64,000 nucleotides of DNA from Clostridia bacterium. Its GTDB lineage: Bacteria; Bacillota; Clostridia; Christensenellales; UBA1242. Below the pieces are notes generated by a model. The model ran no database searches, was not told where the DNA came from, and saw only the letters and a list, made by a program, of their open reading frames with translations. The stretch lies in the NCBI GenBank assembly GCA_017501645.1, contig JAFVWN010000060.1, forward strand, positions 13,048 to 77,047, read 5' to 3'. The translations under genes were made by a program, and so were the position numbers. Shown here piece by piece: positions 1-7,403 of this stretch; position 1 is the first letter of the stretch; the number at the start of each line of letters is the position of its first letter.

Positions 1-528
1 GTTGTAGTATTTTATTAATGAATACAATGTGTTATCTAATTTTATAGAATAATATTGATTATCATTTTCAAAAATTATGATAACCTTATAAATTTCGCCA
101 ACAAATCCACATTGATATGTCGCATAGATTTTAAAAGATGAGTACAAATATTCCTCTTTGTATAATAAATCTTTTAAACCTTTTGGTGTAAGTTCTACAT
201 CCACATAAGTAAGATTTCCTGTTGAGCGATCGCAACAAAATATATAATCATTTTCTTTAAAATCAAAACTTATTGATTTGTTCATATTTTCAATATTAAA
301 TTTGTTTTTAAAAAACTCAATTTCTTTTTTTCTAACATATGGAAATAAAGCAGAGATTGTAATTATTGTGCCAACAGTTAGGGCGATATAAACAATAAAG
401 TATACTAAAAAGCCTCCTTCAAGTTTGTCGCAAGCTCCAAAAGGAATTGCTCCAAACAATACCAAACCCATAAAAATTAATAAAAATAAATCATATTTTT
501 TTCTAATTGGAGAGATATTGTCATTCAT
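1..528 (-). CDS. hypothetical membrane-anchored protein (partial, C-terminus beyond left window edge)
   Basis: Absent from the ORF track because no stop lies in the window. ATG at 528 is preceded by GGGAGA (rc of 535-540). Translation MNDNISPIRKKYDLFLLIFMGLVLFGAIPF... has hydrophobic N-terminal segments and the frame stays open to position 1. Confidence 0.5.
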   Translation of the reverse strand, partial: MNDNISPIRKKYDLFLLIFMGLVLFGAIPFGACDKLEGGFLVYFIVYIALTVGTIITISALFPYVRKKEIEFFKNKFNIENMNKSISFDFKENDYIFCCDRSTGNLTYVDVELTPKGLKDLLYKEEYLYSSFKIYATYQCGFVGEIYKVIIIFENDNQYYSIKLDNTLYSLIKYYN

Positions 529-553
529 TTGTTTTCTCCCTTTATGTTATATA

Positions 554-1000
554 TTATTCGCTTATTCTTTCTATTGCAGAAGTTGCCAAAAGGTCGCAAC
601 GGTTATTGAACTCATTATCTGCGTGTCCTTTTACTTTTATGAATGTTACATTATGAGTTTCCGTAAGAGCAAGTAGTCTTTTCCAAAGGTCTAGGTTTTT
701 AATCTCTTTTTTATCTGCACCTCTGTAATTATTCTTTTTCCAGTTACCTACCCAGTCTTGTAAAAAAGCATTAACCATATATGCAGAATCGCTGTATAAA
801 GAGACATTACAAGGCTCTTTTAAAAGCTCTAAGCCTTTTATTGCTGCAAGAAGCTCCATTCTATTGTTGGTTGTGTTTTGCTCCCCTCCGCTGAGTTCTT
901 TTTTGTGATTATTGTACATTAAAATAGTACCCCAGCCTCCATTACCAGGATTACCAGAGCAAGCACCATCTGTATAAATTGTTACATTTTTTCTTTCCAT
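554..1000 (-). CDS. rnhA: ribonuclease HI
   Basis: 148 aa. IYTDGACSGNPG..GGWG, NNRMEL and KGHAD motifs are typical of type 1 RNase H. Confidence 0.9.
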   Translation of the reverse strand: MERKNVTIYTDGACSGNPGNGGWGTILMYNNHKKELSGGEQNTTNNRMELLAAIKGLELLKEPCNVSLYSDSAYMVNAFLQDWVGNWKKNNYRGADKKEIKNLDLWKRLLALTETHNVTFIKVKGHADNEFNNRCDLLATSAIERISE

Positions 1001-1118
1001 AATAAATAGATTATCAAATTTGCATTCTCAAGTCAAGTTGTTTGATTATAATTTGAAAATGATAATAGTTTTCTTTATATCAACATATACTATAGGAATT
1101 TTAAATCTTGCGCTTTCA

Positions 1119-1186
1119 ATGAAAACAAAAAAGACCAGAAACATAAAGCTTCTAGTCTTTTTTTTATTGGCAGGGGAGACGCGATT
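1119..1186. repeat. 68-bp direct repeat, copy 1 (terminator hairpin plus 3' 19 nt of tRNA-Trp)
   Basis: Near-identical to 1328-1395, with a few mismatches. Contains hairpin AGACCAGAA..TTCTAGTCT with flanking A/T runs, followed by TGGCAGGGGAGACGCGATT. Confidence 0.85.
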
Positions 1187-1270
1187 TCGTCAAAACAAAT
1201 CCTAGACAATGGCTTGTTTTTTATACAAAAAACTGCACCTTGAAAAACGGATTTGTTTCTCCTCTCCCCA
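1168..1270 (-). ncRNA. tRNA-Trp-derived tRNA-like element or degenerate tRNA pseudogene
   Basis: The minus-strand RNA keeps the tRNA-Trp 5' acceptor strand (GGGGAGAGG vs GGGGAGTGG) and the 3' CGCGTCTCCCCTGCCA. The D arm, anticodon arm and T-loop are replaced by about 70 nt forming a long hairpin (GAAACAAATCC / GGATTTGTTTT). It is followed by the same terminator as the real tRNA. Confidence 0.4.
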
Positions 1271-1327
1271 CTAAATTTAAGTTTCATTTAGCGGGGTCCC
1301 CATAAAGTGTTCGAATCTTGCTCCCTT

Positions 1328-1395
1328 ATGCAAACAAAAAAGACTAGAAACATAAAGCTTCTAGTCTTTTTATTATTGGCAGGGGAGACGCGATT
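1328..1395. repeat. 68-bp direct repeat, copy 2 (terminator plus 3' end of the functional tRNA-Trp)
   Basis: Aligns with 1119-1186. Confidence 0.85.
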
Positions 1396-1451
1396 CGAAC
1401 ACGCAACCTACGGTTTTGGAGACCGCTACTCTACCGTTGAGCCACTCCCCT
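1377..1451 (-). tRNA. trnW: tRNA-Trp (anticodon CCA)
   Basis: The reverse complement folds as a cloverleaf: AGGGGAG acceptor, anticodon loop CUCCAAA, T-loop GTTCGAATC, discriminator G and encoded CCA. Confidence 0.93.
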
Positions 1452-1465
1452 TTGACAATATATGT

Positions 1466-1494
1466 ATTATAGCAAAGCAAAGCATAATTGTCAA
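1466..1494 (-). promoter_or_regulatory. sigma-A-type promoter of tRNA-Trp
   Basis: Minus strand TTGACA (1489-1494), 17-nt spacer, TATAAT (1466-1471), about 15 nt upstream of the tRNA 5' end. Confidence 0.7.
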
Positions 1495-1521
1495 CTTGTT
1501 ATAACAAATAATAATCTTTTT

Positions 1522-1821
1522 TTAGTCATCAAGACCGTCAAGCCCATAGTGCTTTAATAAATCTTCTAAAGAAACAGAAGAATCACCCTCTTCCCCATCT
1601 TTAACGATTTTATCCACCTTGATTGAAACATATCCCTTTTCGTCAGTGTTATAGCTATCAAGACACATTCCGCAGTTGTCACAATATTTCTCTGGGTTTA
1701 AATCACACATTAGGCATTCTTTACAACCAGTACAAATTAAGTCTGGGTCAAGAATACAAGGACTACCAATTTTGTAAACTGTTGAGTTTTTTGTTTGATT
1801 AGATTGATTTGTTTCTTTCAT
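1522..1821 (-). CDS. small cysteine-rich hypothetical protein (8 Cys, CX2CX2CX2C and CX2CX2C clusters)
   Basis: ORF-track 1522-1833, with the start moved to the second ATG (1821), which follows RBS GAGGTG. Acidic C-terminus. Confidence 0.7.
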   Translation of the reverse strand: MKETNQSNQTKNSTVYKIGSPCILDPDLICTGCKECLMCDLNPEKYCDNCGMCLDSYNTDEKGYVSIKVDKIVKDGEEGDSSVSLEDLLKHYGLDGLDD

Positions 1822-1838
1822 AATACACCTCAAGAGAC

Positions 1839-1867
1839 ATTATAGTCTTATTTTTGTTATTTTTCAA
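1839..1867 (-). promoter_or_regulatory. sigma-A-type promoter of the Cys-rich gene
   Basis: Minus strand TTGAAA (1862-1867), 17 nt, TATAAT (1839-1844). Confidence 0.6.
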
Positions 1868-1888
1868 TCATTTTATTAAAAAAATAGC

Positions 1889-1927
1889 AAACATTTGTTT
1901 ACAATATTAAAACAAATGTGCTATAAT
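1889..1927 (+). promoter_or_regulatory. lexA promoter with putative LexA (SOS/Cheo-like) boxes
   Basis: AAACATTTGTTT (1889-1900) is an AAAC-N4-GTTT palindrome resembling the Firmicutes GAAC-N4-GTTC box. A second half-conserved copy is AAACAAATGTGC (1909-1920). They overlap -35 TTTACA (1898-1903) and precede -10 TATAAT (1922-1927). Confidence 0.55.
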
Positions 1928-1958
1928 TGGAATAATTATGGAAAAGGGAGTTTGTGCT

Positions 1959-2570
1959 ATGGAAAAACAAAAGATTGACCAAACTGCTAAAGTGTTAAAA
2001 TTTATTGAAGATTTTATGCAAGAAAATTCTTATCCCCCAACAGTAAGAGATATGTGCAAGGGGCTAAATATTTCTTCAACAGCAACAATAGTGTATCACT
2101 TAAGAAAGCTTGAAAAACAAGGAAAACTTTCAAGAGAGAAGCAAAAAAACAGAGCCATCGAAATAAATGGTTCTTCTAAAGCAGAACTCAGGACAAAGAT
2201 TCCTGTAGTTGGAAAAGTTGCCGCTGGTGAACCTATTCTTGCAACAGAAAATGTTGAAGACACACTTGCTTTTAGTGATAATATTTTTGGTAACACACAA
2301 GATGAAATGTTTATTTTAAAAGTGTCTGGTGACAGTATGGTAAATATTGGAATTTATGATGGTGATAAGATTGTTGTTATGAAGCAAGCAACTGCTGAAA
2401 ATGGTGAAATTGTTGTTGCAATGGTTGACGATAGTGCAACTGTAAAAAGATTTTTTAAGGAAGATGGTCACATTCGTCTTCAACCAGAAAATGATTATAT
2501 GGAGCCAATAATTGTTGAAAATGCAGTTATTCTCGGCAAGGTTGTTGGCTTAATTCGTCAGTATAAATAA
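1959..2570 (+). CDS. lexA: LexA repressor (S24 peptidase)
   Basis: Winged-helix N-terminus, AAGEPI cleavage region, and SGDSM and KR catalytic Ser/Lys motifs. Start chosen at the ATG after RBS AAGGGAG. Confidence 0.93.
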   Translation: MEKQKIDQTAKVLKFIEDFMQENSYPPTVRDMCKGLNISSTATIVYHLRKLEKQGKLSREKQKNRAIEINGSSKAELRTKIPVVGKVAAGEPILATENVEDTLAFSDNIFGNTQDEMFILKVSGDSMVNIGIYDGDKIVVMKQATAENGEIVVAMVDDSATVKRFFKEDGHIRLQPENDYMEPIIVENAVILGKVVGLIRQYK

Positions 2571-2575
2571 AATAA

Positions 2576-2614
2576 AAAACCAATGGTAAACATTAAAAGC
2601 CATTGGTTTTTTTA
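2576..2614. terminator. bidirectional rho-independent terminator (lexA / AOS gene)
   Basis: AAAAACCAATGG..CCATTGGTTTTTTT hairpin with A and T runs on both sides. Confidence 0.75.
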
Positions 2615-2630
2615 TTTTAGATTTTTATTT

Positions 2631-3815
2631 TTATTTTATAATTCCAAGTTCAGTAAGAACTTTTGCAATCTTGTCGGCAGCTTCTTCCATAAGCTCTTTA
2701 GTGTGTGTTGCTGTATAACTTGTTCTAATTAGGCACTCTCCTACTGGAGTTGCTGGAGGAAGAACAGGGTTTACATAAACGCCTTCATCAAAGAGTTTCT
2801 TACAAGCTGTAAGAGTGAGTTCTGGTTCGTAAGTATAAATAGGAATAATTGGTGTTGCACTCTCTCTAAAAGTGATGTTTCTTTCTTTTAAGCACTTTCT
2901 CATATAGTCAGTGATTGCAAGAAGGTTTTTACCTCTTTCAGGTTCTCTTTTAATGATTTCAAGAGATTTTCTAGCAGCTGCTACACAAGCTGGAGTAATT
3001 GAAGCACTAAAAATAAATGGTCTAGAATTGTGTCTAATAAACTCAGCAACTCTGTGTGAGCAAGCACAGTATCCGCCAAGGCTTGCGAGAGATTTAGAGA
3101 ATGTACCACAAATCAAATCAACTTCGTCTTCAAGACCAAAGTGCTCAGCAGTTCCCCTGCCGTGTTCACCCAAAATTCCAAGAGCGTGAGCATCATCAAC
3201 CATAAGTTTTGCGCCATACTTATTTTTTAGTTCAACAAGTTTTGGAAGATTACAAATATCTCCACTCATACTAAATACACCATCAGTAACAATCAAAATG
3301 CCTTTATTTTCAGGAACTGTTTTTAATTTTTCCTCAAGGTCTTCCATATCATTGTGGTTGTATCTTATAAGTTCAGCATAGCTAAGCTTAATAGCATCAT
3401 AAATAGATGCGTGGTTTTCTTTATCGCAAAGAACAACATCATTTCTTCCCGCAATTGCAGAGATAACTCCAAGGTTGAGTTGGAAGCCTGTACTCATAGT
3501 TACACAGTCTTCCTTTTGTAAAAATTCAGCAAGCTCTTTTTCAAGCTCTACATGAGCAGTTGTTGTACCATTCAAAAACCTTGAACCAGAACAACCTGTT
3601 CCAAAGTTCTTAGTTGCTTCAACAGCAGCATTGATAACTTCTTCATTACCAGTTAAGCCAAGATAGTTATTTGAACCAATCATAACTTCTCTCTTGCCTT
3701 CCATTTCAACTACAATGTCCTGTCTGCTTTCAAGTGTATGAAAGTAAGGATAAATACCTGCAGATTTTGCATTCTTAACCATTGTAAGCTCGTCACATTT
3801 TTTAAATAAATCCAT
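2631..3815 (-). CDS. PLP-dependent alpha-oxoamine synthase, serine palmitoyltransferase-like
   Basis: 394 aa from the ATG at 3815 (RBS AAGGAAA). Motifs: YPYF..ESRQD..GSNNYLGLT, GTGCSGSRFLNGT, DDAHALG, and the GTFSKS PLP-lysine motif. Confidence 0.8.
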   Translation of the reverse strand: MDLFKKCDELTMVKNAKSAGIYPYFHTLESRQDIVVEMEGKREVMIGSNNYLGLTGNEEVINAAVEATKNFGTGCSGSRFLNGTTTAHVELEKELAEFLQKEDCVTMSTGFQLNLGVISAIAGRNDVVLCDKENHASIYDAIKLSYAELIRYNHNDMEDLEEKLKTVPENKGILIVTDGVFSMSGDICNLPKLVELKNKYGAKLMVDDAHALGILGEHGRGTAEHFGLEDEVDLICGTFSKSLASLGGYCACSHRVAEFIRHNSRPFIFSASITPACVAAARKSLEIIKREPERGKNLLAITDYMRKCLKERNITFRESATPIIPIYTYEPELTLTACKKLFDEGVYVNPVLPPATPVGECLIRTSYTATHTKELMEEAADKIAKVLTELGIIK

Positions 3816-4045
3816 AATATTTCCTTGTAAAGATAAATTTTTCCTAAACGGAACATAATTATTATAACATAACAAAAAGCGTATATACAAACGATTGATA
3901 AAATTTTGTTTAAATTATGTGTTTTTTTATGTGGAATTAACAATTTAAAAATCAATAAAAAAATTACAAAAATTTAGTAAAAGTGTTTCGCAAAACGATA
4001 CTATGTATGTTATAATGAAGAAAATACTATGCGAAGAGGAAAAAT

Positions 4046-5227
4046 ATGGCTATAAAAGTTAAAAAAAGACACGGAACTTGGAATAAAATAGTTTCGCCAA
4101 TTATTACAAAATTAATACTTAAAAAGAAATGTAACTACACTTATGATAAGTGTGATATAAAACCACCATTTTTGGTGCTTGCAAACCATACAACAGACTA
4201 TGATGCTTTTGGAATGTCTAAAAGTTTTGATACTCCAATTTATTTTGTGATGAGTGACCATGTATCATCTAAACCTTTTGTTGGAAAGCTTATTCGTCAC
4301 TTAGTACACCCTATTCCTATTACAAAATCTACAACAGATACTGAAACTGTAAGAAACATTTTATCTGTAATTAAGCAAGGTGCTCCAGTTGCTCTTTTCC
4401 CAGAAGGCAATAAATCTTTCGCTGGTGATATGAGTTTGATGAAACCATCAATTGCAAAGCTTGCAAAAAAACTTAAAGTTCCAGTAGTTATTTATACTTT
4501 TGAAGGTGGTTATCTCACCTATCCTCGTTGGTCAAAGGTAAAAAGACCGGGAAGATATCACGGTTTTGCAAAAAGGATTTTGTCGGTTGAAGAAATTGAC
4601 GCTCTTTCAAATGAAGAATTGTTTGAAGTTATTAAAAATGAGATTAGAGTTAATGCTTATGATATTCAAGAAAGAGATATGATTAAATATCCTGGTGAAA
4701 ACTTAGCTGAAGGCATTGAGTCAATGCTTTATATTTGCCCTAAGTGTAAGGCTATTTCCTCTCTTCACGGTAAAGGTGACGAAGTTACTTGTGATAAATG
4801 TGATTTTAAAGCAACATATACAGAGTATGGTTTCTTAGAGGGTGCTCCAGAAAAGAGACTTGATAAGCTTGATGAAATGCAAAAAGCATATGTTAAATCT
4901 TTGGACTATTCAGTATATACTGATGACCAAATTATTACAAGTGATGAGGGTTTTGATGTTAAGCAAAAAATTGATAAATACAAAAATGCGAACCTTGGTG
5001 AGTTTAAAATGAATTTATATAAAAATCGTTTTGAACTTGTGGCAGAAAAAGAAACTATTGTTATTCCATTTGAACTTATAAACGGTTATGCTATTGAAGC
5101 TGCAAATGGTATACAATTAAGTTTAACAGATGGTAGGGTTTATAGATTCAAAAACCCAAATCCTGTTTCAGGCTTAAAGTATATGAATATATATTCTGCA
5201 ATTCTTGGAAAAGAGATGAAATTCTAA
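4046..5227 (+). CDS. PlsC-family (lysophospholipid-type) acyltransferase with C-terminal Zn-ribbon-containing domain
   Basis: NHTTDYD (HX4D) and FPEGN acyltransferase blocks. CPKC...CDKC zinc-ribbon pattern in the C-terminal half. Confidence 0.75.
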   Translation: MAIKVKKRHGTWNKIVSPIITKLILKKKCNYTYDKCDIKPPFLVLANHTTDYDAFGMSKSFDTPIYFVMSDHVSSKPFVGKLIRHLVHPIPITKSTTDTETVRNILSVIKQGAPVALFPEGNKSFAGDMSLMKPSIAKLAKKLKVPVVIYTFEGGYLTYPRWSKVKRPGRYHGFAKRILSVEEIDALSNEELFEVIKNEIRVNAYDIQERDMIKYPGENLAEGIESMLYICPKCKAISSLHGKGDEVTCDKCDFKATYTEYGFLEGAPEKRLDKLDEMQKAYVKSLDYSVYTDDQIITSDEGFDVKQKIDKYKNANLGEFKMNLYKNRFELVAEKETIVIPFELINGYAIEAANGIQLSLTDGRVYRFKNPNPVSGLKYMNIYSAILGKEMKF

Positions 5228-5232
5228 TAACA

Positions 5233-5264
5233 AAAAAAGTACCAATTTTTTGGTACTTTTTATT
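5233..5264. terminator. bidirectional terminator
   Basis: AAAGTACCAA-TTTT-TTGGTACTTT hairpin flanked by A and T runs. Confidence 0.7.
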
Positions 5265-5272
5265 TTGTGGTT

Positions 5273-6505
5273 TTATAACATTTGAGCAGTTTCAATTGCT
5301 ACAATTTTTAGGTGTTCATATGTGAGACCACCTTGTATGTATGCAATGTAAGGAGGACGAATTGGACCATCACAGCTAAGTTCCATTGTAGAACCTTGGA
5401 TGAATGTTCCGGCAGCCATAATAACTTTGTCCTTATACCCTGGCATTTCCCAAGGCATTGGCACAACATTTGAATCTATTGGAGAAAGCTTTTGAATTAA
5501 CTGACAAAAGTCGACAAGCTTCTTTTCTTCACCAAACATAATAGAGCGGACAATATCGTGAGGAATCAAACCTTCTTCTGGAGTGCTTTTTATGCCAAAA
5601 TTAGCCAAAACTTTACCAAGAAGGATATTTCCTTTAAGAGAACCTGCAACAATGTGTGGTGCAACGAAAATGCCCTCAAAAAAAGGATAATAGCTTGCAA
5701 TGTATGAACCAACTTCTATTCCAAGAGTCGGTGCAGTAAGTTTGCCTGCAGAAAGCTCAACAAGGTCTTTTCTTCCCGCAATATATCCACCGGTTGGGGC
5801 AATTCCGCCACCTGCATTTTTCATAAGAGAACCTGCCATAATGTCAGCACCGCACTCTGTTGGCTCGTGTTTTTCAGTAAACTCGCCATAGCAGTTATCT
5901 ACCATAACAATAGTGTCAGGAGCAACTTCCTTAATCTTTTTAATTACTTCGCCCATATAATAAACAGAAAGAGCCTCTCTTGAAGAGTATCCTCTAGAGC
6001 GTTGCATATATACCATTTTTGGTTTATCTTGCTTTATAACCTTTAGGCATTCGTCTACATCTATTAAGTCGCCTATCATATCAATATGCTTATAGCGTAT
6101 ACCAAAATCTTTTAAAGAACCAATGTCCTCTCCTTCCTTACCGTGGATTATATCATCCATAGTATCATAAGGTTTACCAGTGATTGAAAGCATCAAATCG
6201 CCAGGTCTTAAAATGCCAAACAAAGGAAGAACTAAAGCGTGAGTTCCACAAGTGATTTGAGGGCAAACAATAGCATCTTCAGCACCAAATATTTCTTTAT
6301 ATAAAGCACAGAGCTTAGGTTTTCCCATATCTTCATAACCGTAACCGCTAGAGCCTGCCATATTTGTAAGGTTGACATTGGCTTCTCTAAAAGCATTTAG
6401 TACTTTTTCTGTGTTATATAAAGCAATATCATCAATTATATCATAGCTAGCCTTAAGCTGTTCTTCGCAGTCTTTTACTAGTTTGATAGCTTCTTCTCTA
6501 TTCAT
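5273..6505 (-). CDS. YnbB / aluminium-resistance family PLP-dependent enzyme (Cys/Met metabolism lyase-like)
   Basis: 410 aa. Family-typical N-terminus and position downstream of miaA, overlapping miaA by 8 nt. Confidence 0.75.
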   Translation of the reverse strand: MNREEAIKLVKDCEEQLKASYDIIDDIALYNTEKVLNAFREANVNLTNMAGSSGYGYEDMGKPKLCALYKEIFGAEDAIVCPQITCGTHALVLPLFGILRPGDLMLSITGKPYDTMDDIIHGKEGEDIGSLKDFGIRYKHIDMIGDLIDVDECLKVIKQDKPKMVYMQRSRGYSSREALSVYYMGEVIKKIKEVAPDTIVMVDNCYGEFTEKHEPTECGADIMAGSLMKNAGGGIAPTGGYIAGRKDLVELSAGKLTAPTLGIEVGSYIASYYPFFEGIFVAPHIVAGSLKGNILLGKVLANFGIKSTPEEGLIPHDIVRSIMFGEEKKLVDFCQLIQKLSPIDSNVVPMPWEMPGYKDKVIMAAGTFIQGSTMELSCDGPIRPPYIAYIQGGLTYEHLKIVAIETAQML

Positions 6506-7403
6506 TAATAAAATCTCCTACAAGTTTAAATATTTCTTCTTTTTCAGCATATTTTTTCCAAATGATATTTGGCATTTTCTTAAAAAATGTAAACTGTCTT
6601 TTTGCATAGTTTCTTGAGTTCTGTTTGAGTTTATCAAGAAATTCTTCTTTTGTACATTTATTAGTAAGGTAAGCATAGGTTTCTTTATATCCTATACCTT
6701 GCATTGATTGATGCTTTAAAGTAAGTCCTTTGTTAATGAGTTCTTGAACCTCAGCAATAAGCCCATTATCAATCATTTTGTCAACCCTTAAATTTATTCT
6801 TTCATAAAGTACATCTCTGTCATCAGTTAATCCAATTAAAACATAATCATAGTTTGCTTTTGTAGAGTTTTTGTTTTCGCTCTTTTTCTTACCTGTGATA
6901 TGATAAATTTCAAGTGCTCTTATGACCCTGTCTAATTGATTTATATGAAGTTCACTTGCACTTTCTGGGTCTATCTCTTCAAGCATCTTATGTAGTTTTT
7001 CTTTTCCTTCATTTTTTGCAATTAACATAAGCTCTTGTCTGTACTCTTCATCTCTTCCACAAGTAGAGCCAAGGTCAAAAAGAACACTATTTACATAGAG
7101 TCCCGTTCCTCCAACAATAATTGGAGTTTTTCCTCTTTTTGTTATGTCTTCAATAATGCCTTTAGTCATAGCTGAATATTCTCCTGTACTAAAGGTGGCG
7201 GTAGGCTCTACAATATCAAGCATATGGTGAATAATGCCATCCGCTTCTTCTGTTGTAACTTTAGCAGAGCCAACATCTAATCCTTTATAAATTTGGACAC
7301 TGTCTGCACTTATAATTTCTCCATTAAATTTTTTTGCAAGTTCGATAGAGAGTGCTGTTTTTCCAACCGCTGTTGGACCAACAATTATTACTACTTTAGT
7401 CAT
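6498..7403 (-). CDS. miaA: tRNA dimethylallyltransferase
   Basis: GPTAVGKT P-loop, SADSVQIYKGLDVGSAK, NYAKRQ.TFF motifs. Confidence 0.95.
   Translation of the reverse strand: MTKVVIIVGPTAVGKTALSIELAKKFNGEIISADSVQIYKGLDVGSAKVTTEEADGIIHHMLDIVEPTATFSTGEYSAMTKGIIEDITKRGKTPIIVGGTGLYVNSVLFDLGSTCGRDEEYRQELMLIAKNEGKEKLHKMLEEIDPESASELHINQLDRVIRALEIYHITGKKKSENKNSTKANYDYVLIGLTDDRDVLYERINLRVDKMIDNGLIAEVQELINKGLTLKHQSMQGIGYKETYAYLTNKCTKEEFLDKLKQNSRNYAKRQFTFFKKMPNIIWKKYAEKEEIFKLVGDFINE

Noticed and set aside
425-676. 83-aa plus-strand ORF spanning the rnhA 3' end
   Set aside because: It overlaps the start of the minus-strand membrane protein gene and the end of rnhA. It has no RBS, and its composition is an antisense artefact.
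1020-1504. ORF-track ORFs 1020-1205, 1090-1287 and 1307-1504, two of which share the peptide KKTRNIKLLVF.LLAGETRF
   Set aside because: The shared peptide is simply the translation of the duplicated terminator plus the tRNA-Trp 3' end. The ORFs overlap a tRNA gene and a tRNA-like element and have no RBS.
3816-3890. Longer N-terminal extensions offered by the ORF track (AOS 3890, fmt 34843, priA 38263, rsmE 46513, ART-like 18696, HIT 44445, helD 63785, rpmB 29869)
   Set aside because: In each case an internal ATG is preceded by a clear GGAGG-type RBS and matches the conserved family N-terminus. The extensions lack an RBS.
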